Shown here piece after piece: positions 52,283-62,829 of a DNA stretch of 63,214 bases; the first letter of the stretch is position 1; each line of letters starts with the position of its first letter. Under the pieces are notes generated by a model. That model made no database searches and was not told where the DNA came from. It saw nothing but the letters and a program-made list of their open reading frames with translations. A program made the translations under genes and the position numbers. Location: positions 1,737 through 64,950 of the forward strand of contig QHWQ01000021.1 in the NCBI GenBank assembly GCA_003222635.1, in the 5' to 3' direction. The DNA is from Acidobacteriota bacterium (lineage in GTDB: Bacteria > Acidobacteriota > Vicinamibacteria > Vicinamibacterales > UBA2999).

Positions 52283-53299
52283 ATGCGTACCGCATCCGTG
52301 CTCGTCACGGGGGCGAGCGGCGAAATTGGCCACGGCCTCATCGATCGCCTCGCGCAGAGCGGCAGGTCGATCGTCACCGTCGACATCGCGCCGCTCGAAC
52401 CGCCGCTGGCCAGGAAGGTCCGCCGCGAGTTCACCGGCTCGATCACCGACAAGTGGATCCTCGAGCGCGTCCTCGCGGAGTTCGAAGTCGATCTCGTCTT
52501 CCACCTCGCCGCGCTGCTCTCGACGCGCTCCGAGTTCACCCCCGTCACCGCGCATGAAGTGAACGTCGAAGGGACGCTGCGCCTGCTGGAGTTCGCGCAG
52601 CACGAGGGCGAATCGCACGGCCGTCCAGTCGTCTTCATGTATCCGTCATCGATCGCGGCCTACGGCCTGCCCGACCTCGATACGAAAACGCGCGCCGGCC
52701 GCGTGCACGAAGACGAGTGGAACACGCCGTCGACGATGTACGGGTGCAACAAGCTGTACTGCGAGCATCTGGGCCGCTACTACGCGAGGTATTACAAGCA
52801 GCTGGCGGTCGATACGCCGCCCGGCCGCGTGGACTTTCGCTGCGTCAGATTTCCAGGCTTGATTTCGGCCGTGACGGTACCCGCCGGCGGCACCTCTGAT
52901 TACGCTCCGGAGATGATTCACGCCGCGGCGCGCGGCGAGCCGTACGCCTGTTTCGTGCGCCCCGACACGCGCATCCCGTTCATGGCGATGCCCGATGCGG
53001 TCGACGCGCTGTCGACGCTCGCCTCGACGCCGCGTGAGAAGCTGTCGCGCACGGCCTACAATGCGACCGCGTTCAACCCGACGGCGAAGGAGATCTGCGA
53101 GGTGGTGGTGCAGGCGTTTCCGGGCGCGCGCATCACGTGGCAGGTAGACAAGAAACGCCAGGCGATTGTGGATTCGTGGCCGATGGACGTGAACGACGGC
53201 GCGGCGAGGCGCGACTGGGGCTTCGCGCCGCGCTACGATTTCCGCCGCGCCTTCGACGAGTATCTGATCCCGACCATCCGGGAAAGGTATGCGGCATGA
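52283..53299 (+). CDS. NAD-dependent epimerase/dehydratase, L-threonine dehydrogenase-like SDR
   Basis: TGASGEIG, HLAALLS, YGCNK, GGTSDY, IVDSWP. Confidence 0.88.
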   Translation: MRTASVLVTGASGEIGHGLIDRLAQSGRSIVTVDIAPLEPPLARKVRREFTGSITDKWILERVLAEFEVDLVFHLAALLSTRSEFTPVTAHEVNVEGTLRLLEFAQHEGESHGRPVVFMYPSSIAAYGLPDLDTKTRAGRVHEDEWNTPSTMYGCNKLYCEHLGRYYARYYKQLAVDTPPGRVDFRCVRFPGLISAVTVPAGGTSDYAPEMIHAAARGEPYACFVRPDTRIPFMAMPDAVDALSTLASTPREKLSRTAYNATAFNPTAKEICEVVVQAFPGARITWQVDKKRQAIVDSWPMDVNDGAARRDWGFAPRYDFRRAFDEYLIPTIRERYAA

Positions 53300-54588
53300 G
53301 GAACAGTGTTGTTGTCGCGGCGGTGCTCACGGCGTCGATGCTCGTGACGGCCCGCGCGCAGGACGTCAGGATGAATCAGCTTGCCGAGCGGTACGTGCGG
53401 CTCGTGCTCGCCGTCGGGCAGCACGACGCCGACTACGTGGATGCCTACGACGGCCCCCCCGAATGGCGGACGGATGCGGAAACGCAGAAGCGCCCGCTCG
53501 CCGAGATTGCGACGCGCGCTTCGATGCTCGCGCGGGACATTGCCGCCGCAAAGCCGCCGGTCAGCGCCGACGAGATGACGCAGCTTCGACATCAGTACCT
53601 GGCGCGGCAGCTTGAATCGTTGCGCACACGTGTGTCGATGCTCATGGGGACGAAACTGAAGTTCGACGAGGAGTCGAAGCAGCTGTACGACGCGGTGGCG
53701 CCGACGCACACGGAGGCGGATTTCGCGAAGGTGCTGGCGCAGCTCGACCGGATGCTGCCGGGGCCGGGAGCGGTGATCGATCGCTACGACGAGTTCCGCA
53801 CGGGCTTCATCATCCCGAAGGATCGCCTCGATCCGGTCTTCACGGCGGCCATCGACGCGTGCCGCAGCCGGACGCTCGAGCACATCACGCTGCCGCCGGG
53901 CGAAAGCTTCACCGTCGAGTACGTCACCAACAAGAGCTGGAGCGGCTACAACTGGTATCAGGGCAATTACCGCAGCCTCATTCAGGTCAACACCGATCTC
54001 CCGATCTACGTCGATCGCGCCATCGATCTCGCATGCCACGAGGGGTACCCGGGCCATCACGTCTACAACGTGCTGCTCGAGAAGAACCTGCTGCGCGATC
54101 GCGGATGGATCGAATTCTCCGTCTATCCGCTCTTCTCGCCGCAGTCGCTGATCGCGGAGGGGACGGCGAACTATGGCATCGAGGTCGCGTTCCCGCGCGC
54201 CGACCGCGTCGAGTTCGAGCGCCGCGTGCTGTTCCCGGCGGCGCAGCTCGAGCCGGAGACGGCGGCGCGCTATTACGAGGTGCTCGATCTCGTCGATCAG
54301 CTTTCGTATGCGGGCAATGAAGCGGCGCGGCGTTATCTGAACGGCGAGATCAACGCGAAGCAGGCGGCCGACTGGCTCGAGAAGTACGGGCTCTATTCGC
54401 GACCGCGCGCGGAGCAGCGCGTGCGCTTCATCGACCAGTACCGCAGCTACGTCATCAACTACAACCTCGGGAAAGACATGGTGAAGGCGTACATCGAGTC
54501 GCGCGGTGCGGATCGATGGCAGGCGTTCGCGCGGCTGATTTCCTCTCCTCGTTTACCGTCTTCGCTGGTCACGAATGCGCGCCGTTGA
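53296..54588 (+). CDS. Secreted DUF885-like putative metallopeptidase
   Basis: Signal peptide; CHEGYPGHH and IAEG motifs. Confidence 0.75.
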   Translation: MRNSVVVAAVLTASMLVTARAQDVRMNQLAERYVRLVLAVGQHDADYVDAYDGPPEWRTDAETQKRPLAEIATRASMLARDIAAAKPPVSADEMTQLRHQYLARQLESLRTRVSMLMGTKLKFDEESKQLYDAVAPTHTEADFAKVLAQLDRMLPGPGAVIDRYDEFRTGFIIPKDRLDPVFTAAIDACRSRTLEHITLPPGESFTVEYVTNKSWSGYNWYQGNYRSLIQVNTDLPIYVDRAIDLACHEGYPGHHVYNVLLEKNLLRDRGWIEFSVYPLFSPQSLIAEGTANYGIEVAFPRADRVEFERRVLFPAAQLEPETAARYYEVLDLVDQLSYAGNEAARRYLNGEINAKQAADWLEKYGLYSRPRAEQRVRFIDQYRSYVINYNLGKDMVKAYIESRGADRWQAFARLISSPRLPSSLVTNARR

Positions 54589-55552
54589 GATCTCCATACC
54601 GGGACCACCAGAAGGACTGAGACTCGTCGAGCGTCCGGATCCGGTTGCGGGCGCCGGCGAGGTGTTGATTCGCGTCAAGGCGGCGGGCGTCAATCGTCCC
54701 GACGTGCTGCAGCGCAGCGGCAAATATCCGCCGCCGCCAGGGGCGAGCGATCTTCCCGGTCTCGAAGTGTCCGGCACCGTCGAAGGCGTCGGCGACGGTG
54801 TGACGCAGTGGCGCGCGGGCGATCGCGTCTGCGCGCTGCTCGCGGGCGGCGGCTACGCCGAGTTGTGCGTCGCTCCCGCGGTGCAGTGCCTGCCGGTTCC
54901 CGCCGCGATGGACTTCGTGAACGCCGCCGCGGTGCCCGAAACGTTCTTCACCGTCTGGACCAACGTCTTCGATCGCGGCCGGCTGAAAGCGGGCGAGAGC
55001 GCGCTCTTCCACGGCGGATCGAGCGGCATCGGCACGACCGCGATTCAACTCGCCGTGGCACGAGGCGCGCGCGTCTTTGCCACGGCGGGCTCCGATGAGA
55101 AGCGCCGCGCCTGCGAGCAGCTCGGCGCCGAGCGAGGCATCAACTACAAGACCGAGGACTTCGTCGCGGTCATCAAGGACGCGACCACAGGCCGCGGCGT
55201 CGATCTCATTCTCGACATCGTCGGCGGCGACTACATCGCGCGCGATCTCGTCGCGCTGGCAGTCGAAGGCCGTCTCGTCGTGATCGGTTTCATGGGCGGC
55301 GATACGGCGACGCTCGACTTTCGCCGCATCCTCGGGCGCAGGCTGACGATTACCGGCTCCACGCTGCGCCCGCGCAGCCCGGCGGAGAAGGGTGAGATCG
55401 CCGCGGCGCTGCGCAAGGAAGTGTGGCCGCTGCTCGAGAAGGGGAGCGTCAAACCCGTCGTCTACCGCACGTTCCCGCTCGCCGACGCCGCAGCCGCGCA
55501 TCGCCTCATGGAATCGAGCCAGCACGTGGGAAAGATCGTGCTGACGGTGTAG
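54575..55552 (+). CDS. NAD(P)H-quinone oxidoreductase (PIG3 family)
   Basis: GVNRPD, PGLEVSG, HGGSSGIG, GSTLRPR, HVGKIVL. Confidence 0.92.
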   Translation: MRAVEISIPGPPEGLRLVERPDPVAGAGEVLIRVKAAGVNRPDVLQRSGKYPPPPGASDLPGLEVSGTVEGVGDGVTQWRAGDRVCALLAGGGYAELCVAPAVQCLPVPAAMDFVNAAAVPETFFTVWTNVFDRGRLKAGESALFHGGSSGIGTTAIQLAVARGARVFATAGSDEKRRACEQLGAERGINYKTEDFVAVIKDATTGRGVDLILDIVGGDYIARDLVALAVEGRLVVIGFMGGDTATLDFRRILGRRLTITGSTLRPRSPAEKGEIAAALRKEVWPLLEKGSVKPVVYRTFPLADAAAAHRLMESSQHVGKIVLTV

Positions 55553-55603
55553 CCGCTGACGTGTAGAATCCGCATTACTGCAATCGCTTACAAGGGGGTC
55601 GAT

Positions 55604-58594
55604 ATGCGCGGCATCGCTCGGCGGCTCTCGTGGTCGGTCCTCATCCTGATCCTCCCCATCACGGCATACGCACAGGCCTCGATCACAGGCACGGTGAAGG
55701 ACAGCTCGGGCGCGGTGCTCCCGGGCGTCACCGTCGAGGCGGAGAGTCCCGCGCTCATCGAGAAGACGCGGACCGTCGTCACCGACGGGACCGGCCGATA
55801 TCGCATCGAGAATCTCCGGCCGGGCACCTACAGCGTCACCTTCGTGCTGGCGGGCTTCACGACCGTCCGGCACGAAGGAATCGAGCTCGCCGGCGCGTTC
55901 GTCGCGTCGATCAACGCCGACCTGCGCGTGGGAGCGCTTGCCGAGACGCTCACCGTCACCGGCGAAACACCCATCGTCGACGTGCAGAGCACGACGCGCC
56001 AGAAAGTGCTCGACCACGCCGTGATCGATGCGATTCCAGCCGGCCGCGGACCACAGCAGCTCGCAGTGCTGATCCCCGGCATCACCGCGGCGGCCTCGAT
56101 CGGCTTCAACGGCATGGGCGCGCAGGACGTCGGCGGCGCGGGCGGCGATCAGAACGTCAACCTGTCCGCCCATGGCGGCCGGGCGGCCGATCAGCGCATC
56201 ACGACGAACGGCATGACCGTCGGTCCGGTGTTCCGTCCCAATACCGACATGACGTCTAGCCCGAATCTCGGCGCGACGCAGGAAGTGACGGTCGACGTGT
56301 CCGGCGTGTCGGCGGAAGCTACCGAAGGCGGCGTGCGCATCAACCTGATTCCGCGGGAAGGCGGCAACACCTTCCACGGCACGACCTACGCGGGTTTCGC
56401 CAACGAGTCGTTGGCCGGCAACAACTTCACCGACGATCTGAAGAGCCGCGGCCTCGGTACGCCGAACACCATCAAGAAAGTGGTCGACTTCAACCCGGGC
56501 TTCGGCGGGCCAATCCGGAAGGACAAGCTCTGGTTCTACACATCCGTCCGCGTGCAGGTTGCCGACAACTGGGTCGGCGGCATGTTCTTCGACCCGAACG
56601 CGAACAACCCGAACTTCTGGGACAACGCGAGAAACCTCGACACGAGCCGGCGCGTCTCGAACGACGCGACGTGGAAGCTGTGGGATGCGCGGCTGACGTG
56701 GCAGGCGAATGCGAAGAACAAGATCGCCGGCTCGTTCGCGAAGGAGCGGCAGTGCAAGTGCCCGTCGTTCGTCAGCGCGACGATGAGCCCGGGCATCGAC
56801 AACCGGTGGGGACGGCCGCATCACTTCCTCACGGCCGACTGGACGTCGCCGCTCACCAATCGCGTCCTGCTCGAGGCCGGACTGTTTCAGCAGTCGAACC
56901 ACTGGGGATGGTTTCCATTCGACGGGACGAACCCGAATCTGATTGGCTTCCTCGAACAGTCGACCAACACCGGCTACAAGATCAGGTTCCAGGGGTTCGC
57001 GGACCACTGGCAGGAGGATCTGCGGTACCGCTTCGCGTTCTCGTACGTGACGGGTGCACACGCCGCGAAGGTCGGCTTCTCCAACGCGTATGGCACCGCC
57101 GACACGCTGTTGTACTGGGGCGCCGGTGCGCAGTCGCCGCAGATGATCTTCCGACTGAACAACGGCGTCCCGAATCAGCTGACGCTGTTTGCGACGCCGT
57201 ACCACGACCTGTGGAGGCAGCCCGCGGAGGTCGGCGTCTTCGCGCAGGACAAGTGGACCGTGAATCGGTTGACGGTGAGCGGCGGCGTCCGCTTCGATTA
57301 CCTCGAGACCGAGTTCCCGGCGCAGACGCTTGGTGCCGCGCAGTTCGTGCCCAATCGCCACATCGAGATTCCGAAGACGCCGGCGCTCGGGTGGAAGGAC
57401 ATCGTGCCGCGGCTTGGCGCCGCCTACGATCTGTTTGGAAACGGGAAGACCGCGGTCAAAATCGCCCTGAACAAGTACGTCCTTGGTGACAAGGGCGGCA
57501 GCGCGACGGGCGCGACGATTGCCGATCCCGTGACCAACCTTCCGCAGAGCACGGTGAGGAACTGGACGGACACGAACCGCAACTTCAGTCCCGACTGCGA
57601 TCTGATCAACCCGCTCGCCAACGGCGAATGCCAGGCGATGGACAATCCGAACTTCGGCAGGAACGTGCTCGCCACGCAATACGATCCCGCGATCCTTCGC
57701 GGCTGGGGCGTGCGTCCCTACAACTGGGAATTCTCGGTTGGCGCGCAGCACCAGATCGTTCCGCGCGTGTCGATGGACGTCAGTTACTTCCGGCGCTGGT
57801 ACGGCAACTTCACGACGACCGACAACCGGGCGCTGACCGCCGCGGACTACGACGCGTTCACCATCAACGCGCCGTCCGATGCGCGGCTGCCGTCGGGTGG
57901 CGGGTACTCGATCGGAGGCCTTCACAACGTGAAGCCCGAGAAATTCTCCGTGCCGGCAGACAACCTTGTCACGCTCGCCAGGACATTCGGCAAACAGATC
58001 GAACACTGGAACGGCGTCGATGTCACCGTCAACGCGCGGCCCGGACAGGGTGTGCTGCTGCAGGGCGGCATCAGCACCGGCCGCACGAGCACCGACAACT
58101 GCGCCCTGCTCGCGAAGTTGCCCGAGCTGATCACGACTGCGACCGGCGCGACGCCCGAGTCGTACTGCCACATCGACACTCCGTTTCTCACGCAGGCCAA
58201 GGCACTCACCTCCTACCTCGTGCCGAAGATCGACGTTCAGGTGAGCGGCGCGTTTCAGAGCGTCGCCGGGCCGCAGGTCGCGGGCAATCTGAATGTGCCG
58301 GCGGCGGTCGTGGCGCAGACCCTGGGGCGCGTGCCGTCCGGCGGCGCGTCGAACATTCAGGTCAACCTGGTGCGGCCCGGGAGTATGTTCGGCGAACGGA
58401 TGAATCAGCTGGATCTTCGCGTGGGCAAGGTCCTCAGGGTCGGACCGGCGCGGTCGGTGCTGAGCCTGGACGTCTACAACGCGCTGAATTCAAGCGCGGT
58501 GTTGATCGAAAGCAACGCTTATGCGATCTTCCGTCGTCCGCAAACGATCCTGCTGTCGCGCTTTGCGAAAATCAGCTGGCAATTCGATTTCTGA
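55604..58594 (+). CDS. TonB-dependent receptor-like outer-membrane protein with N-terminal carboxypeptidase-regulatory-like domain
   Basis: Signal AYA-Q, GTVKDSSGAVLPGVTV, GGVRINLI..EGGN.FHG, QDKWTV, C-terminal Phe (QFDF). Confidence 0.88.
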   Translation: MRGIARRLSWSVLILILPITAYAQASITGTVKDSSGAVLPGVTVEAESPALIEKTRTVVTDGTGRYRIENLRPGTYSVTFVLAGFTTVRHEGIELAGAFVASINADLRVGALAETLTVTGETPIVDVQSTTRQKVLDHAVIDAIPAGRGPQQLAVLIPGITAAASIGFNGMGAQDVGGAGGDQNVNLSAHGGRAADQRITTNGMTVGPVFRPNTDMTSSPNLGATQEVTVDVSGVSAEATEGGVRINLIPREGGNTFHGTTYAGFANESLAGNNFTDDLKSRGLGTPNTIKKVVDFNPGFGGPIRKDKLWFYTSVRVQVADNWVGGMFFDPNANNPNFWDNARNLDTSRRVSNDATWKLWDARLTWQANAKNKIAGSFAKERQCKCPSFVSATMSPGIDNRWGRPHHFLTADWTSPLTNRVLLEAGLFQQSNHWGWFPFDGTNPNLIGFLEQSTNTGYKIRFQGFADHWQEDLRYRFAFSYVTGAHAAKVGFSNAYGTADTLLYWGAGAQSPQMIFRLNNGVPNQLTLFATPYHDLWRQPAEVGVFAQDKWTVNRLTVSGGVRFDYLETEFPAQTLGAAQFVPNRHIEIPKTPALGWKDIVPRLGAAYDLFGNGKTAVKIALNKYVLGDKGGSATGATIADPVTNLPQSTVRNWTDTNRNFSPDCDLINPLANGECQAMDNPNFGRNVLATQYDPAILRGWGVRPYNWEFSVGAQHQIVPRVSMDVSYFRRWYGNFTTTDNRALTAADYDAFTINAPSDARLPSGGGYSIGGLHNVKPEKFSVPADNLVTLARTFGKQIEHWNGVDVTVNARPGQGVLLQGGISTGRTSTDNCALLAKLPELITTATGATPESYCHIDTPFLTQAKALTSYLVPKIDVQVSGAFQSVAGPQVAGNLNVPAAVVAQTLGRVPSGGASNIQVNLVRPGSMFGERMNQLDLRVGKVLRVGPARSVLSLDVYNALNSSAVLIESNAYAIFRRPQTILLSRFAKISWQFDF

Positions 58595-58596
58595 CC

Positions 58597-58626
58597 GTAG
58601 GGGCGGACCTTAAGGTCCGCTTCTAC
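58597..58626. repeat. Second-family GTAG REP
   Basis: GTAG-GGGCGGACCT-TA-AGGTCCGC-TT-CTAC immediately after the receptor stop codon. Confidence 0.75.
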
Positions 58627-58644
58627 TCCGATAAAGGAGACCTC

Positions 58645-59598
58645 ATGCCATCCAATCATGACGTGACCAGACGATCGTTTCTGGGAGTCGTCGCATCCGG
58701 TGTCGCGCTCCCGTACCTGACGCTCGATGCCGCACAAGGCCCCGCACCCGCGGCGCCGCCTGCGAATGTCGAGAAGGACGTCGTCTATGGCAAGGGCGGA
58801 GACACCGATCTGCACCTCGACATCTACAAGCCGACCGGCAGCGCCAACAAGCGGATGGCGATCGTCCACTACCACGGCGGCGGCTTCCAGGGCGGCAACA
58901 AGGACGGTCTGGCCGCGCGCCTGCAGACGATGAGCGCACGGGGATACGTGAACATCGCCGCGCAGTACCGCTTGTCCGCGAACGGCGCCGCACGCTGGCC
59001 GTCGCAGATCGAAGACGTGAAGGCGTCGATCCGCTGGACGCGCGCCAACGCCTCGCGTCTCGGCATCGACCCGAACCGCATCGCGGTGGCGGGCTATTCG
59101 GCGGGAGGTCACCTCGCGCTCTTCGCGGCGGGGACCGCGAATCGTCCCGAGTTCGAAGGCAAGGGCGGCAACGCGGGCGTGCCGACGACCGTCGCCTCCT
59201 GCCTCGGGTACTACGCGGTCACCGGGGGCTCGTGGGAAGGCTTCCGCCGTTCGTTCCCGATGCCGGAGGGGAGCAGCGAAGAGGCGTGGCGCCTCGCGAC
59301 GCCAGACACCTACATCAAGAACTTCCCGCCGACCGTGTTGTTCCACGGGCTCGCGGACGTGACCGTGCCGCCCGAGAGCAGCCAGGATTTCCTGAAGGAG
59401 CTGCGCGCGGCGAACATCCCGTCGGAGCTGCACGAGTATGCCGGCGTGCCGCACGAGTTCGTCGGCATTCCGGAGTTCGCGGAATCGACGTCAGCGCTCG
59501 CCGACTTCTTCATCGAACGCCACGTGATCAACCCGCGGACGTATCCGCCGTTTGGCGCAGGGCGCCGCGGCGGCGGCCCGGCGCCGACGACGCGCTAA
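58645..59598 (+). CDS. Tat-exported alpha/beta hydrolase (HSL-like esterase)
   Basis: AAGGAG RBS, TRRSFLG, HGGG, GYSAGG, HGLAD, PHEF. Confidence 0.88.
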   Translation: MPSNHDVTRRSFLGVVASGVALPYLTLDAAQGPAPAAPPANVEKDVVYGKGGDTDLHLDIYKPTGSANKRMAIVHYHGGGFQGGNKDGLAARLQTMSARGYVNIAAQYRLSANGAARWPSQIEDVKASIRWTRANASRLGIDPNRIAVAGYSAGGHLALFAAGTANRPEFEGKGGNAGVPTTVASCLGYYAVTGGSWEGFRRSFPMPEGSSEEAWRLATPDTYIKNFPPTVLFHGLADVTVPPESSQDFLKELRAANIPSELHEYAGVPHEFVGIPEFAESTSALADFFIERHVINPRTYPPFGAGRRGGGPAPTTR

Positions 59599-59615
59599 TC
59601 ACGTTCGAACGACCT

Positions 59616-61743
59616 CTACGGAAGAAATATCCTGACTCCTGCGCGGACCGTGCGGGGCAATCCCGTCGTGAGCACCGGCGTGCGGCCCACGTCGTAGATT
59701 TCGTCGAACAGGTTCTCGACCGCCACGAACGGGTTGATCCAGCGCGTCACGGATCGGCTGCCGAACAGATCCACCACGTTGGCGCGGCGCAGCGTGAAGA
59801 CGTTCAGATCGTCCTCGAACTGCGCGCCGGTGACGCGCAACTGCGCGGAGCCCGTCCACCCGAACTGGGTGTACTGGACGCCAGTCGCGAAGTTGTACGA
59901 CGGCACCTGCGGCACGCGATTGCCGCGCAGCGTGGTGTTGCCCGCGAAATGCGCGCTCGTCACGCCGACCGCCGCGTTCACCGTCAGCGCGTTCATCAGC
60001 CGCGCGTTGCCTTCGACCTCCACGCCGTTCGCCTTGAGCCGGTCGGCATTCGCGCGCTGCTTGACGATCTGCGTCGGCGTGGTTCGCAGCGTGATCGCCG
60101 TGATGGCGTTGTCCAGCCGGTTCCAGAATCCGGTGACCCGCACCGAGGTGCGTGCGTTGCCGACGAGCACGCCGGCGTCGCCGCCCGTCAGTGATGCGAT
60201 ACGCCGCGGCCGCGCGCGGACTGAACGCCGACGACGACTTGGTGAAGTCCGTCTGGCTCGCGTCCGAGGTCCACGTGTCGGCGTGCGCGCCGAGGACGAG
60301 CGTCAGACGATCGGTCGATTGCCACGTGTCCTGCACGAATCCCGACCAGCGGCGATCGATGCCGCCCGCCCTCGTGGTCAGCTGCGGCAGGTTCTGGACG
60401 TACGGCGTCTCGATCGAATCGCCTTTCACATAGCGTCCTTCGGCGCCGACCAGCAGCGTGTGATCGCCCCACGCGCGAAGCCACTGACCGCCGCCGCCGC
60501 CGAATGTCGTCGGCACATTCTGGTCGCGGATGAACGTTTCCGCCGTCCGCAGCGCGTTCACCGTGGTGAACGTCTGGTGGTAGTCCTGCGTGCCGCCGTA
60601 GCCGCGCGCGCTGAATGCGCCGCCGGCGAGCCGGCCGGTCACATCGCCTGACCCATGCCGCGACGCGGTGCTGTTGATCGAGCGCGGCGTCCCGTTGTCG
60701 CGATCCTCGGAGAAGACGTTGGCATTGAGATCGAACCGCCAGCCGTTGTCGGTCTGGTAGCCCGCAAACGCCTGCGCGGCTCGATGCGACGAGCCGAGCA
60801 GCGTGTCGACGGGACCGCGCGGCGCGATGCCCGGATCCTGCCTGGTGGCGACGGGAATGTAGCCGTCCGTGTTGAACCACTCGCCGGCGCCGCTGTAGCG
60901 CCAGTCGTTCGCGCGTCCGCCGCCGAAGACCGACACGGTGCCCGTGCCCTGCGTGCCGCCCTCGAGCATCACGCGCCCGGTCGCGCGCGCCGGCCGCACC
61001 GTCAGCAGCTGGATGACGCCGCCGAGCGCGTCGGCGCCGTACAGATCGCCGCCGCTGCCGCGATCCACCTCGATGCGATCGATGGCGGCCTGCGGCACCT
61101 TGTCCCAGAACACCCAGCCGCCGAAGGCGTCGTTGAGCGGCATGCCGTCGGCGAGCACGAGCGAGCGGCTCGGGGAGCTGCCGCCGACGCCGCGCAGCGC
61201 GACACCCTGCGCGGTCGGATTCGCATTGCGCGACGAGGTGCGTCGAAACAGCGTGAAGCCCGGGACCGCCTTCAACGCATCGTCAATCGTGGCCGGGCCG
61301 CTGCTGAGCAGCTCGTTGGATGAAATGACGGTCACGGTCGATGTCGGATCCACGCGCGCGACATCGGCGCGGGATGAGGTGACGTTGACCGCTTCGAAGA
61401 ATGGCGCCGGCTCGAGCGTCACATCAATCGTACGAGTACTCGGCTGCACCGTCGTCGAGAACGGCGCGAAGCCGGGGGCGGTGACGAGGATCTCGCGCGC
61501 TCCATCCGCGTTCACTCGGACTTCGAACTGGCCGTTGGCGTCGGTCTGCGTTTCAGCGGCGACGCTGCCGCCAATGTTCACGCGCACGGCGGCATCGGCA
61601 ACGGATGCGCCGGAGGCATCGAGCACCTTGCCGGACAAGGTGACGGCAGTCTGCGCCGCGGCGGTGACCGCGGTGCAGAGAAGGGTAACGAATACGATGC
61701 CGCCGAGCCGTGTTACGGTGCCTGAACGACTGCCAGTCCCCAT
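59616..61743 (-). CDS. TonB-dependent receptor; deletion/frameshift near 60186
   Basis: Plug motifs LRG..LVLADG, IDRIEV.RG...LYG..ALGGVI; C-terminal VENLFD...PRTVRAG in the 59616-60170 frame. Confidence 0.88.
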
Positions 61744-62789
61744 GGCCCATGTCCTACTGGAATCTTCTTGGTCACCATCCGCGCCGCCACATCGATCACC
61801 GACACATCGTCCGATGGTCCGTTCGCGGTATACAGCGTCTTCTCATCGGGAGCGAGGCCGATGCCCCACGGCCGATCGCCCGCTTCAACCGACCCGACGA
61901 CTTTGTCGGTTGCCGTGTCGAGCACGAGCGCCATCTTGCTGCGCCCAGTGCTCACGTAGAGCAGCTTGCCGTCGGCGCTCATGCGCGTGCCCATCGGCCG
62001 CATCCCTTTGCCGAGGTCGATGGTCTTGCTCGGCGCGAGCTTTTTCACATCGATCGCGGTGAGCGTCGCGCCATTTTCCGACGGCACGTACGCCTTCGCG
62101 CCATCCGGCGTGAACGCCACCGAACGCGGACGCGGACCAACCTTCACCGGTTTCACGATCTTTTTCGCGGCGAGATCCGCGACGAAGACCGCGCCGTCGG
62201 CTTCCGACGTCACCCACACGCGCTTGCCGCCAGGTTCCACGGTCACGCCTTCCGGTTCGTCGCCCACCTTGAAGCTTTGAATGAGGTGACCGTCGCTGGT
62301 GTCGATGACGCTGAGCTGTCCGATGTCTTCGTTGGCGACATAGACCTCTTTCCCGTCGGGGCTCACCGCGAGTTGCTCGGGATCCGGCCCTGACGGCAGC
62401 ACCTTCATCAGCTTGCGCTGCCGCACATCGACGACGCCGATGCCATCAGCGCTGCGATCCGGTGGCGGCAGCTTCGATTCATCCACGTTCGGTCCGCCGA
62501 TCGGCGAGCCGCTGAGTGCGACGTAGAGCAGCGTGCGATCCGGACTGGCGACGATGCCGCGCGGCCGCTTGCCGAGCGGAATCGTGGCAACGACGGCGTT
62601 GGTCGCGGCGTCGATGACCGACATGTCCCCGCCGGTTTCGTTGGTGACATAGATGCCGAGCGCCGGAGGCACTGCAGGCGCCGCGGCGGGAGCAGGTGCC
62701 GGGGTCGCGGTCGTTGCCGGCTGTTCCGAGCGTCCGCACGCGGTCGTTGCGCAGACGAGCACGGCTGCGGCCATCACGCGAGAAGTCAT
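61713..62789 (-). CDS. YVTN/YncE beta-propeller lipoprotein
   Basis: AGGAGG RBS, lipobox-like ATTAC, repeated YVTN/YVAN..VID..VG..P.G blades. Confidence 0.88.
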   Translation of the reverse strand: MTSRVMAAAVLVCATTACGRSEQPATTATPAPAPAAAPAVPPALGIYVTNETGGDMSVIDAATNAVVATIPLGKRPRGIVASPDRTLLYVALSGSPIGGPNVDESKLPPPDRSADGIGVVDVRQRKLMKVLPSGPDPEQLAVSPDGKEVYVANEDIGQLSVIDTSDGHLIQSFKVGDEPEGVTVEPGGKRVWVTSEADGAVFVADLAAKKIVKPVKVGPRPRSVAFTPDGAKAYVPSENGATLTAIDVKKLAPSKTIDLGKGMRPMGTRMSADGKLLYVSTGRSKMALVLDTATDKVVGSVEAGDRPWGIGLAPDEKTLYTANGPSDDVSVIDVAARMVTKKIPVGHGPWGLAVVQAP

Positions 62790-62829
62790 GAGACCTCCTG
62801 TGCTATCAATCTCCCCGTTGGAGGGACAT

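Noticed and set aside
54569-58171. 1200-aa minus-strand ORF and similar long antisense ORFs (1470-3737, 30078-31985, 43079-44782)
   Set aside because: Shadows of real plus-strand genes, expected at high GC; no recognisable motifs.
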